The notes under the pieces were generated by a model that worked only from the letters and a program-made list of their open reading frames with translations, made no database searches and was not told where the DNA came from. From Eledone cirrhosa (lineage: Eukaryota), in NCBI GenBank assembly GCA_964016885.1, contig OZ024742.1, forward strand, positions 176,576,001-176,640,000: 64,000 nt of DNA. Reading direction: 5' to 3'. Of this stretch, positions 11,444-22,489 are shown piece after piece. How positions within the stretch are numbered: position 1 is the first letter of the stretch; each line of letters starts with the position of its first letter. A program made the translations under genes and the position numbers.

Positions 11444-12257
11444 TCTATATACATAAATGGCCATTTCTGTTTGTTTGTTTGTGAACCTAAAACTCAAAAT
11501 CTACCAAACCTATCTTGATGAAACTTGACACGTGTGTGAGCCTCATGCCCCTTTGATTTCTTCCGTATATTTCATTTTAATCAAAGGTTTCCGCGAGGGT
11601 TCAAACCCTTGCTGAGAAACCCCGCTTAATTTTTCCCATTCGTTTTATGTGAAATGTAAACCAAAGGTAAATGACAACATATGATGCCTATTTACAAAAT
11701 CTCAGCAAATTTCGATAATATTAAGACACCGTAATGGGGTTAAACCCCCTATAGTGAAAGTTTTAGCCAACAAGATTTCACGAACTCCTCCGATAGTTTG
11801 GAAGATAGACCGCCATAACCATATATATTCTGAAACTACATTGACCTGTGTACTTGGATAAGTATATTTCATTTTAATCAAAGGGATCACCGGGGGCACA
11901 AAACCCTCGCTGAAAACCCATGCTGAACATGTTTTCCATTCGATTTATATGAAATATTAACCATAGGTAAATGACAAGATATGATGCCTATTCACAAAAC
12001 TTCAGCAATGAAACCCCCTAATGAGGGATCTATTTGTTTCCTGATAGCAACACTCAACTTCTCTGAAAACACATTTTATCGCCTGACTAATGCAATCAAC
12101 AATATTTGTTTGTATTATTGTTTCGTAAATGAATTTATCTTCGCTTTTGATTATCTGTGCTATATCTTGATTTCATTTTTGTTCTGAGAGGCATTGGGCA
12201 TTTTAATCTGAACTGGGAATACCACCGCTCCAGGGTTGTGCCGGGTACCTTAGCTAG
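11444..12257 (+). mobile_element. Non-autonomous Helitron
   Basis: A|TCTATATACATAAA...(GTTT)n start; CCAGGGTTGTGCCGGG..CTAG|T end; internal duplication 11566-11707/11862-12008. Confidence 0.7.
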
Positions 12258-12307
12258 TATATACATATATATATATGTATATATATAATAAAGTATGTTT
12301 CCCTGAT

Positions 12308-12351
<44 letters not shown>

Positions 12352-12373
12352 TATATAACATTATATATACATA

Positions 12374-12740
12374 CGGTGGATTGGCAGTATCGGTGGAGGG
12401 TCGGACGCCATGCTTTCCAGCGTGTTACGTCCATTTACGAACTGAGTTCAAATCCCGCCAAGGTTGACTTTGCCTTTCATCCTTACGGGGTCGATAAAAT
12501 AAAGTACCAGTAATGAACTGGGTAATTGCTGGCCTTGTGCCTAAAGTAGAAACAATTATATATACATACGGTGGAGGGTCGGATGCCATGCTTTGAAGCA
12601 TAGAGTTACCTCCCTTTATGATCTGAGTTCAAATCCCGCCGAGGTTAACTTTGCCTTTCATCTTTCCGGGGTCGATAAAATAAAGTATCAGTAATGCACT
12701 GGGTAATTGCTGGTCTTGTGCCAAATGTAGAAACAATTAT
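12374..12740 (+). mobile_element. Two head-to-tail copies of the ~190-bp tRNA-SINE
   Basis: Units at 12374-12560 and 12568-12740, each with B box and conserved body. Confidence 0.9.
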
Positions 12741-12759
12741 ATATACATACATACACATT

Positions 12760-12820
<61 letters not shown>

Positions 12821-12998
12821 AAAGAATTAATTGACCCGCGTGCATATTATTTTATTCTTTTATGTTTTGCGATGACCTCCCCTATCCGCTTGATGGCAGT
12901 GTGAGATTTCTCATTGTGAGACTGCTGGAATTTCGAATTTGGCGGTCATTCTGAACATTAATATCGGTAAGGTTTCTTTTATATCGATTTGTCGGCCA

Positions 12999-13109
12999 TC
13001 CACTGATGATTTATAAGTGCCCACCTACATATATTCCTACTGACTATGTGTAGGCTTCTACATAACCTGGACATTATTTTCCAAATTTATGATGAAACGA
13101 TCGTTTGCA
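12999..13109 (+). ncRNA. Type-I hammerhead motif with long stem II, inside a (TA)n-flanked insert (~12819-13290)
   Basis: TCCA-CTGATGA(13003)-tTTATAAGT...ATTTATGAt-GAAA(13094)-C-GATC-GTT/TGCA; palindromic stem III ACGATCGT; weak stem I. Confidence 0.65.
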
Positions 13110-13510
13110 AAGAGAGATGTATTTGAATTATGTCTCATATAAAATAATACAACTGGCTGTCCGCAAAATACGTATAGTTAGCACCCCAAACGTATAATTG
13201 GGATTATACTAAGGTATATCCTAATGTTTGTTGAGTGAGACGGAAGCCGGTCGGAGTATTGCTTAAAGCTTTCTCTGTTAATGTGTTAAATATATATATA
13301 TATATAGTATTAGTTATACTATCTATGGTTATATGAATACAAAACCTTATGCAGTTATAAGTATTTAACATACACCCTAAACTGTGGTAGGCAGTAATGT
13401 ATTACTACCTTATTACCAGTAAGTGAAGTAGCTCAATGTAAAAACATCAGATGATTTACAGAGCAGTTATATGAAATATAAGAATCAAAGAGCTGTTCAA
13501 AACATTATTG

Positions 13511-13557
13511 TGCTTACAGCTGTTTCCTCCAAACCGAGGTTTGGATTCTTCGGAGCA
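13511..13557 (-). ncRNA. Mirror copy of the hammerhead motif at 15802-15848
   Basis: Exact reverse complement within the left arm of the 2.4-kb palindrome. Confidence 0.7.
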
Positions 13558-15801
13558 ATTTATTAATGCATGGACAGTTATATGACCTCCTTTTCAGCCG
13601 AGAGACATACCGATACATATTCAAACATTGTGGGTCAACATTCATTACAGAATTTAGAGTGGCAGTACACACTCCGAGATTACATTTATATTAAGAGGTA
13701 CAATCAAAAATCAAAAATACAGGTTAAAATACAACATGAAGATAAGCGGTTATATAGTGGAAATGTTATGTGTGGCACGCATGTGCGTCTTGTTTATATA
13801 GTGTGGCAGAGAGATATGTGTGGTAGAGGCACTTAGGTAGGTAAACAAGAGTGTTAGGTTGGTAGATCTGGTGGCAAATTCTTTATATGATTGATATAAT
13901 CTGTGTGTGGAGAAATGTTATAAGCATTAATAATAGTGCAAGCATTAAAAGTGTTAAAAGTATTGGAGATGCACAGCGAAGGGATGTCAAGTATTTCATG
14001 TACTTCGACATTTTCATGGTCAGGGGAGTGTATTTTTCGATTATATGCCCCTCACATAATCCACGACAATTCGATATTGAGCGTTTGACAATCCAGTTGG
14101 AGATCGTAGTCTGGTGTTCTTTAGTTCAATACAGGAGGCTGTTACGTTTCGAGAAACGCCATTGAATACCACCCGGAAGTGTGTGTGTGGCTAAGGGGAG
14201 TTAATGCATGCGGGGAGGTAACTCCGGGGTTTCTATGCCTAGCTATTAAAATGTGTCACAATGTAGACCCTAAATTCTATGGTGATGCGCATCCTCCAAA
14301 AAAATGTTTAAAGCATAAAGTGTATTAACTATAGAGTAGTTTAATTAAGATATGCTGAAGGTGTTCATATTATTATGGTGGATTAACCCCCATCGTAAGG
14401 TGCCACAAAAGGAAATTATAGATGATGAGCGGGGATTCTAAATTAATGATCTCTGTGGTTGTAGTCTACTCATAGGACCAGGCGCGGTGATTGCAGGATT
14501 GCTTCAGGACCCAATGATCTCTGGTAAGTTCTGGGTCATCGCTTGCTACATTGGATGTCGAAAGATAATCATCCCCAGGCCGGCCAGAGGTCAATCCGCA
14601 GTCCTCGCGACCCTAGACAGATGAAAATACGATTTAATCTAGTAACGCTGTTGAGCAGTAGGACCAGGCTGCTGAGCGCAGTGAGTGAATGCATTGCAAC
14701 TGGTGTGCGGGTTGTACATATATGGATGATCTGGCGGTCAGAGAGGGGTCGCGAGGACTGCGGATTGACCTCTGGCCGGCCTGGGGATGATTATCTTTCG
14801 ACATCCAATGTAGCAAGCGATGACCCAGAACTTACCAGAGATCATTGGGTCCTGAAGCAATCCTGCAATCACCGCGCCTGGTCCTATGAGTAGACTACAA
14901 CCACAGAGATCATTAATTTAGAATCCCCGCTCATCATCTATAATTTCCTTTTGTGGCACCTTACGATGGGGGTTAATCCACCATAATAATATGAACACCT
15001 TCAGCATATCTTAATTAAACTACTCTATAGTTAATACACTTTATGCTTTAAACATTTTTTTGGAGGATGCGCATCACCATAGAATTTAGGGTCTACATTG
15101 TGACATATTTTAATAGCTAGGTATAGAAACCCCGGAGTTACCTCCCCGCATGCATTAACTCCCCTTAGCCACACACACACTTCCGGGTGGTATTCAATGG
15201 CGTTTCTCGAAACGTAACAGCCTCCTGTATTGAACTAAAGAACACCAGACTACGATCTCTAACTGGATTGTCAAACGCTCAATATCGAATTGTCGTGGAT
15301 TATGTGAGGGGCATATAATCGAAAAATACACTCCCCTGATCATGAAAATGTCGAAGTACATGAAATACTTGACATCCCTTCGCTGTGCATCTCCAATACT
15401 TTTAACACTTTTAATGCTTGCACTATTATTAATGCTTATAACATTTCTCCACACACAGACTATATCAATCATATAAAGAATTTGCCACCAGATCTACCAA
15501 CCTAACACTCTTGTTTACCTACCTAAGTGCCTCTACCACACATATCTCTCTGCCACACTATATAAACAAGACGCACATGCGTGCCACACATAACATTTCC
15601 ACTATATAACCGCTTATCTTCATGTTGTATTTTAACCTGTATTTTTGATTTTTGATTGTACCTCTTAATATAAATGTAATCTCGAAGTGTGTACTGCCAC
15701 TCTAAATTCTGTAATGAATGTTGACCCACAATGTTTGAATATGTATCGGTATGTCTCTCGGCTGAAAAGGAGGTCATATAACTGTCCATGCATTAATAAA
15801 T

Positions 15802-15848
15802 TGCTCCGAAGAATCCAAACCTCGGTTTGGAGGAAACAGCTGTAAGCA
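15802..15848 (+). ncRNA. Minimal hammerhead motif with CCGAAGA (U4C) core
   Basis: TGCT-CCGAAGA-aTCCAAAC(ctcg)GTTTGGAg-GAAA-CAGCTG-TA/AGCA; palindromic stem III ACAGCTGT; GUA triplet. Confidence 0.7.
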
Positions 15849-15973
15849 CAATAATGTTTTGAACAGCTCTTTGATTCTTATATTTCATATATTTCATATA
15901 TATATATATATGTATATTTCGTTTCTAAATTTGTTTAGCAAGATTCCTTATCTGAAAACGTGTGTTGAAACCG

Positions 15974-16411
15974 ATATTGTTATGTTTTGGGAGGGTTCAA
16001 TTGCCAATAAGAAACATACGCACCAGTTTCTTTCACTCCAATTTATTATAAATTAAATTTATAAATTTAAGAATTTATAAATTTCTGCTGGGTTGGTTGG
16101 TTCCATAACCGGACGGTTGTTCATATATTGTCAAAGTTCTTTCGTCACACATTATGTGACCTCTTCAAGATGGCGTAGGACAGAACAAAGGAGAGGCACA
16201 AAACAAAGAAAATAATCCCCAATCACTGAAGATGTCACAGAATGTGTGACGAAAGGACTTTAATAATATATGAACAACAATCCGGTCATGGAACCAACCA
16301 AACAACCGTAAATTTATAAATTCTTAAATTAATAAATTTAATTGATAATAAATTGAGTGAAAGCATCTGGTGGGTGTGTTTCTTATTGGCAACATGACCC
16401 TCCCAAAGCAT

Positions 16412-16418
<7 letters not shown>
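15974..16418. repeat. Diverged inverted repeat (~195-bp arms, ~57-bp spacer) with a hammerhead motif at the inner end of each arm
   Basis: Right arm CTGAAGA(16226)-tGTCACA..TGTGAC-GAAA-GGACTT; left arm is its reverse complement; single-orientation family copy at 46903-47150. Confidence 0.85.
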
Positions 16419-16473
<55 letters not shown>

Positions 16474-16970
16474 GTATGCATTCATACATATAAGTATATG
16501 TGTGTAATTAAGTTAATGACAGTTAATTTTTTCATAAATGTAAACACTATTCAATAGGTTTTTATAGATATGGTAGTCCACCGCATTTTTATTTTAAACT
16601 CCACTTCAGACGATAATTGCGAATCATTTTCTCGTGAGATTTATTAATTATGTATATTGAATATTTGTAAAGATAAACTTCAAACAAAAACTAGCGGCGT
16701 ATTTATGTTGCTATTTGAAGTGTATGACATGTCTCATTAACTGTTAATCGTGTTGCTAATTGGGCTACAAAACTGTTGCTACTTTGCCTATACTAATGAT
16801 TATCAGGTCGAGAAACTTTCATCTCTTCAGACAGACATGATGTCAGTTTGGACGACTTTGTATTTCCTACAAAAAGTTAATGATTTAGGCTGTGGCAAAA
16901 GTCACAAGCATTGACGTATGTACTAAGTGTAATGTACTACATGTATATATATATATATGAATATATATAA

Positions 16971-17004
<34 letters not shown>

Positions 17005-17013
<9 letters not shown>

Positions 17014-17429
17014 TAAACAAATAATGAATAAAACAATGAAACAGTTCCTTATATTAAACAAAAAAAGTTCATTATTTAACGATCGTTTCTAGGATATATA
17101 TGTGTTAGAATTGGCATGCATATTCAACAGATCTATGTACAAAATTATACAAAATTATACAAACTATCAAGATTAAATATACATACCCAACACATATATA
17201 TGCCGTCTTCAGAAATTATTTCTGAAGACGGCATATATATGTGTTGGGTATGTATATTTAATCTTGATAGTTTGTATAATTTTGTATAATTTTGTACATA
17301 GATCTGTTGAATATGCATGCCAATTCTAACACATATATATCCTAGAAACGATCGTTAAATAATGAACTTTTTTTGTTTAATATAAGGAACTGTTTCATTG
17401 TTTTATTCATTATTTGTTTAATATTTTAT
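17005..17429. repeat. Apparently perfect 425-bp palindrome (212-bp arms, 1-nt centre at 17217)
   Basis: ...GCCGTCTTCAGAAAT-T-ATTTCTGAAGACGGC...; paired coordinates sum to 34434. Confidence 0.97.
17215..17363 (+). ncRNA. Type-I hammerhead ribozyme with ~115-nt stem II domain; mirror copy at ~17071-17219 on -
   Basis: ATTATTT-CTGAAGA(17222)-..ATATATATGTGTT...AACACATATATAT..-GAAA(17345)-C-GATC-GTT/AAATAAT; perfect 7-bp stem I. Confidence 0.78.
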
Positions 17430-17560
17430 CTTGACTCTGTATTCCGTTTATCTTTCACCGAAAGTGATTTTTCATTACATCTCTTCTTTCCATGATATCC
17501 GGAATACATTGAGTTCTTCATACGGATTGGACACTACCGTAAACTCTTGGTAGATTTATC

Positions 17561-17638
<78 letters not shown>

Positions 17639-17642
<4 letters not shown>

Positions 17643-18673
17643 CAGAAGTACCCGGCGTTGCTTGGGTATTAAATAGCAGTTGTGTATACCATTTATGTCA
17701 ATACTTCAGTGCTGCTTCGAAAAGTATACTTATACAAAATCATCGGCTTTTTCCAAAAGGGGGTTCCTGCCCCCAGGGTCCCCTACTCAATATGTGCCAA
17801 TTCTGACAGTTCATATTCATCTGTAGGACAAACGTGTCAAGTTTTGTGAAAATCGGTTGCGAATTCCAGAAGTTTTGACGTGTTGTTGCATTGCACTGCA
17901 GTGCTTCAGTCGACTCCAAGGAAGTGGTTAAAGGGGGTTATCTGCCGGGAGGCCCTTTAATCAATATCTCTAAAAATGAAAGTACCCATGACCATCCGGA
18001 GTACATGAGTAACCTATGTCTTAAATTTGGTGAAAATACTGTAGAAATGCATAAGGTTTATACATACGCACGCGCGTAAGTGTGTGTGTGTGTGAGTGTG
18101 TGCGTGTGTGTGTGTGTGTGTTTATGGGTGTGTATCTATTTGTGTGTGCGTATGTATCTGTATGTCCGTCGAGGCACACGTATGTACTGGCCTAAATCTT
18201 CACTATTTACTTTTACTATTTTAATAACCTCTGTCATTTTCGTTTTCAATTTTATTTACATCATTCTTAAACTCCGGGGCTGGAAATCATTCTGTTATTT
18301 TAAATAGAAAATTAGTCAAACGACTCCATTTATACCATAAAATAGGTCTTGTCTTTGCATGAAATTGTTCTTCTTGCTCCACATGACGTATTATCCAAAA
18401 TATCGTCTTCCTGTTTTCCTTCGGTTGCAACGTTTGTCGCAATATTTACTTCTGCGTTCACAGATTACTCTCAGTTCAATTTAAACGGTAAATTCCTGTT
18501 TCATCGATTTTCTCCGTAACCCTGGAAACGTGTAGCTTGAAAGTCGACCCAACGCCTCCTCGGGTCATTCTACATAACTGTGTAAATCTTCACTGCATTC
18601 CACCAAGCCGTTTCGACGTTTATCCGACTACACCTACATACACAACTTCCGACCACTTCCAATATATATATAG

Positions 18674-18675
<2 letters not shown>
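17639..18675 (-). mobile_element. Non-autonomous Helitron (5' boundary approximate)
   Basis: TTAGCAGAAGTACCCGGCGTTGCTTGGG is the reverse complement of a hairpin + CTAA|T end, same terminus type as 10311; both sides (TA)n. Confidence 0.65.
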
Positions 18676-18772
<97 letters not shown>

Positions 18773-18879
18773 GTATTTATATGTATATGTATGTATATAT
18801 ATATATGTGTATATGTATGTATATATATATGTATATATGTATGTATATATATGTATATATGTATGTATATATATATGTA

Positions 18880-18934
<55 letters not shown>

Positions 18935-19189
18935 ATATATACGTATATGTATATATGTATGTATATTCTTCTGGTTTTATAATTTCAAAATTTTGTTTCC
19001 CAATAGAGAGAGTCGGTTTCTAACAAAGACACAAGACTCTCATTGGAATTTACACATCAACTAGGTAGATTATGTATGCATGTGTAGATATGTAGATATG
19101 GATGTTATTGTATGTGTGGATGTGTATGTTTTGGGTTGTATGTGTGCATGTGTATATGCTTTGTATCTGTAAATGTGTATATGCAGTTA

Positions 19190-20582
19190 TTAGATGCAAC
19201 ATTATTGCCATGTTTTACATATTTTTACTCTTCCATTAATGGATTGTACTTGTAATTTCCTAACTAGTTGTGTTCTTTCTGTTCCTGTGAAGCCTAGCTT
19301 CTCAAGATTTGTATTGAGGCAGTTACTTACATACCGCAGTGCCCCATTAATCACAGTCATAAATCTGAAGGTGTAATCAGGGTGGAGTATCTGCAGATTT
19401 CTCATCAGTTCTGCATAAATATTCTCCTTTTCGCTAATCTTTGATATTATATTGGCATCTGCTGGGCAGCTAATTTCCACTACTGTGCATGTTTTCTTCT
19501 CCCTGTCCCATATCATAATATCTGGTCTGTTATGCCTGCATTTTATTGGGGTTTTTACTGGTACATTCCACCAGTAATCTTTCATAATATGTACATGGAT
19601 GTCTTCCACATTGCTGTAGCTTTTAATGTGTTTATTATCTGGGCTATCTTTTTTATGAACTGCATTGTACAGTAATTTGGCCACATCATGCCTCGTAGGT
19701 AGATAGTACCGCGATGACAAATTTGGACAGCTGCTGATGACATGGGTGATATGCTCGATGTTAATTCTGCCGAGTCTGCACTTGTTATCACATCTAGGTG
19801 CTTTGCCTGCATCCCTATCTCTTTTGTGAATCAGGTATTTCGTGTTAATCTCCTGTTCTTGGATTGCAGAAGCGTATCCTTCAAAGTGGGAGCCAATATA
19901 GCGGTTGTTGGTCTAAGATAAACTACTTTCCTTATCACTGCGATACTGCTGCTGAGCGACTTCCCTGGGTGTGAGTTTTTGATTATCCTACAGGGAATAT
20001 CTCTCGAGGAGTTCCTTCCCAACTTTCATGATGTTATCTGTTTCATGCAGATAGACATGCTCGAGAAACGTGCTACTATCTTCGAGGTTCGTATATGTTG
20101 TCGGAGAGATATGATGCGACATTCAAATGCTGTCTGGACTGATGTTAGGCCTCTGCCTCCTTGCTTACGTTTCAAGTAAAGGCGGTCTATGTCACTGTTG
20201 ATGTGGAAGTTTCCGGTGTTGTTCAGTATTTTTCGAGTTCCAACATCAACTGCTCGGATTTCGTCTATCGTCCAATTGAGTATTCCAAACGCTGGTGTTA
20301 GGACAGGCACAGCAAACACATTGTGAGTCACTGTTCTGTTTTGCGCAGAGTGTTCCGATGAACACATCTTTCTTAATCGGGTGTAGTATTCCCTGGTTAC
20401 GAGTTCCTTATTACAGATACCATTATAGGATATGTTCTCATATATCCCCAGTTATCTGTAGCAGTACTCATTAGATATCGGTGAAACAGTTAGACCATTG
20501 ATGACAATGTTGCTAGATTGGGTTGTTGTTTTTCCACGCTTTACAGTCATGAATGAGCATTTATCTTGGCCAAACTCCATTC
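19190..20582 (-). mobile_element. 5'-truncated, decayed Dong/R4-clade LINE (RT end, zinc knuckle, restriction-like endonuclease)
   Basis: ORF 19202-19720 YLPTRHD...HNRPDIMIWDREKKTCTVVEISCP...KE..Y; ORF 20026-20367 SDIDRLYLKRKQGGRGL. Confidence 0.88.
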
Positions 20583-20690
20583 ATATGTCCATATATGTAT
20601 GTATATATATATATATATATGTATGTACACATATATATATATATATGTATGCACATATATATGTATGTATATATGTATGTATGTACATAT

Positions 20691-21081
20691 GTCAGGTAAC
20701 CTGTTGGTAACATGTATCCCAGTACACCATGTCTCATGATCGGGTCGTTGGCGACTAATCTGGCAACCCCACCATCGTTACTTGGTGAGGAGGGCGACTT
20801 TGGACATCCTCCAGGACTAAAAACAAAACCTGTCAAAAGGGCAAAGGAGCTCTTAAGAGTCCATCCAAAATCACCGGGAGAGATGACCCCTTAGCCTTGT
20901 CGTCACCTGGTACCATGGGCCCAGCACTATGTGTCAATAATTATCACAGGTGTAGTGTTTGTACCAGAATTTTCAAGTCGCTGGCTAGACTAAAAAGTCA
21001 CACTCCTTCAGGGCATCGGTTGGGGTTCTCCTATATGGATATAAAGTAGTGGCCGTACTCGAAAACGAGTTGGCAGCCACC
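20691..21081 (+). mobile_element. Bipartite non-autonomous RTE-derived element (5' UTR fused to 3' end) with an HDV-like ribozyme remnant
   Basis: 5' part CCAGT-AC-ACCAT-GT-CTCATGATC-GG-GTCGTTGGC-GACTAA-TCTGG fits HDV topology; 20951-21001 translates to [17 protein letters not shown], like an RTE C-terminal C2H2 finger. Confidence 0.55.
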
Positions 21082-21086
21082 ATGTA

Positions 21087-21139
<53 letters not shown>

Positions 21140-21496
21140 CTATATCTATATCTATATCTATCTATCTATATATATGTATATATCAATATCTATCTATCTA
21201 TATGCATGTATATATAGATGTATGCATGTATGTATATATAAAAAGGAAGGGAAACGTTTTGGCTCTAATGCCACAGAATAATGGGACAATTGCAAAAGTA
21301 TTTCCATAGACAATGGCCAGCGATGTATTTTGCAATGTTGTATGTGACAAAGGGAGGTAATAAGGAATATATCACAGCACATATTTTCTCAACTTACATT
21401 TCACAAATAAATTTATCACAAAGTGGCTATTAAATTAACTTGGGTATTATTATGAATATTTTATATTTTTACAAAATTTGGATCTTGTTAGTCTGA

Positions 21497-21536
<40 letters not shown>

Positions 21537-21570
21537 GATATCCTCCTCCTCATAGTTTAACATATGTTTT

Positions 21571-21628
<58 letters not shown>

Positions 21629-21706
21629 CAGGGAAAACATGATAAACGATGATCATACTATAATAAACCTTTCAAGAATTCACACCAGTCTAGCCTCCTG
21701 TTATTT

Positions 21707-21802
<96 letters not shown>

Positions 21803-22104
21803 ATTTGATGGTCCTTATTCTCTCTCGTCCACGATTTAACAGAACTTATGTTCAGCGATTTCAGGGATTTGACTCATTCTTCCTCACTTTTCGTTGCATT
21901 ATCATCTTTGTTTGTTTACTGTCTCGCTCGTTCCCCTTATTTACGTGTCCCAGCGACTTTCTTTAGCCATTGCTCGCACCAACCAGAGGTATATAGTCTT
22001 TAAAGCGCTGAAATACCAATGAAGGTTGGAAGATCACTGATGAAGGACTAAATTTATTCATATGTAACCCATTTGCAACCACGCCGCACGCCATGTTTTC
22101 ATAT

Positions 22105-22272
<168 letters not shown>

Positions 22273-22489
22273 CATGAGTGTGTACGATTGCAGGCCGAAT
22301 ATGTGTGTGTGTGTTGGTGTGAATTACAGAAATACTTGCTTAAATGTCCGTTGATATACAAGAAGAATTAATGTGTCTTGGTGACATTACGCAATGTAGT
22401 GAGTGGAGATTGAGGGTGATAAAGAGATGGAGGCGGCTGAACAAATGAGAAGCAAAACCAATTTGGAATGGATTTTATTTTGATCGGAA

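Larger units (their letters stand above)
13468..15891. repeat. 2.4-kb inverted repeat: 1146-bp arms (13468-14613 and 14746-15891) with a 132-bp spacer
   Basis: Mirror ORFs 13570-13836(+)/15523-15789(-) and 13887-14165(+)/15194-15472(-); paired coordinates sum to 29359; about six transitions seen between arms. Confidence 0.97.

Noticed and set aside
13468-15891. TIR DNA transposon or duplicated small genes in the big palindrome
   Set aside because: No transposase, the mirrored ORFs have no recognisable motifs, and the hammerheads near both ends fit a Penelope-type inversion better.
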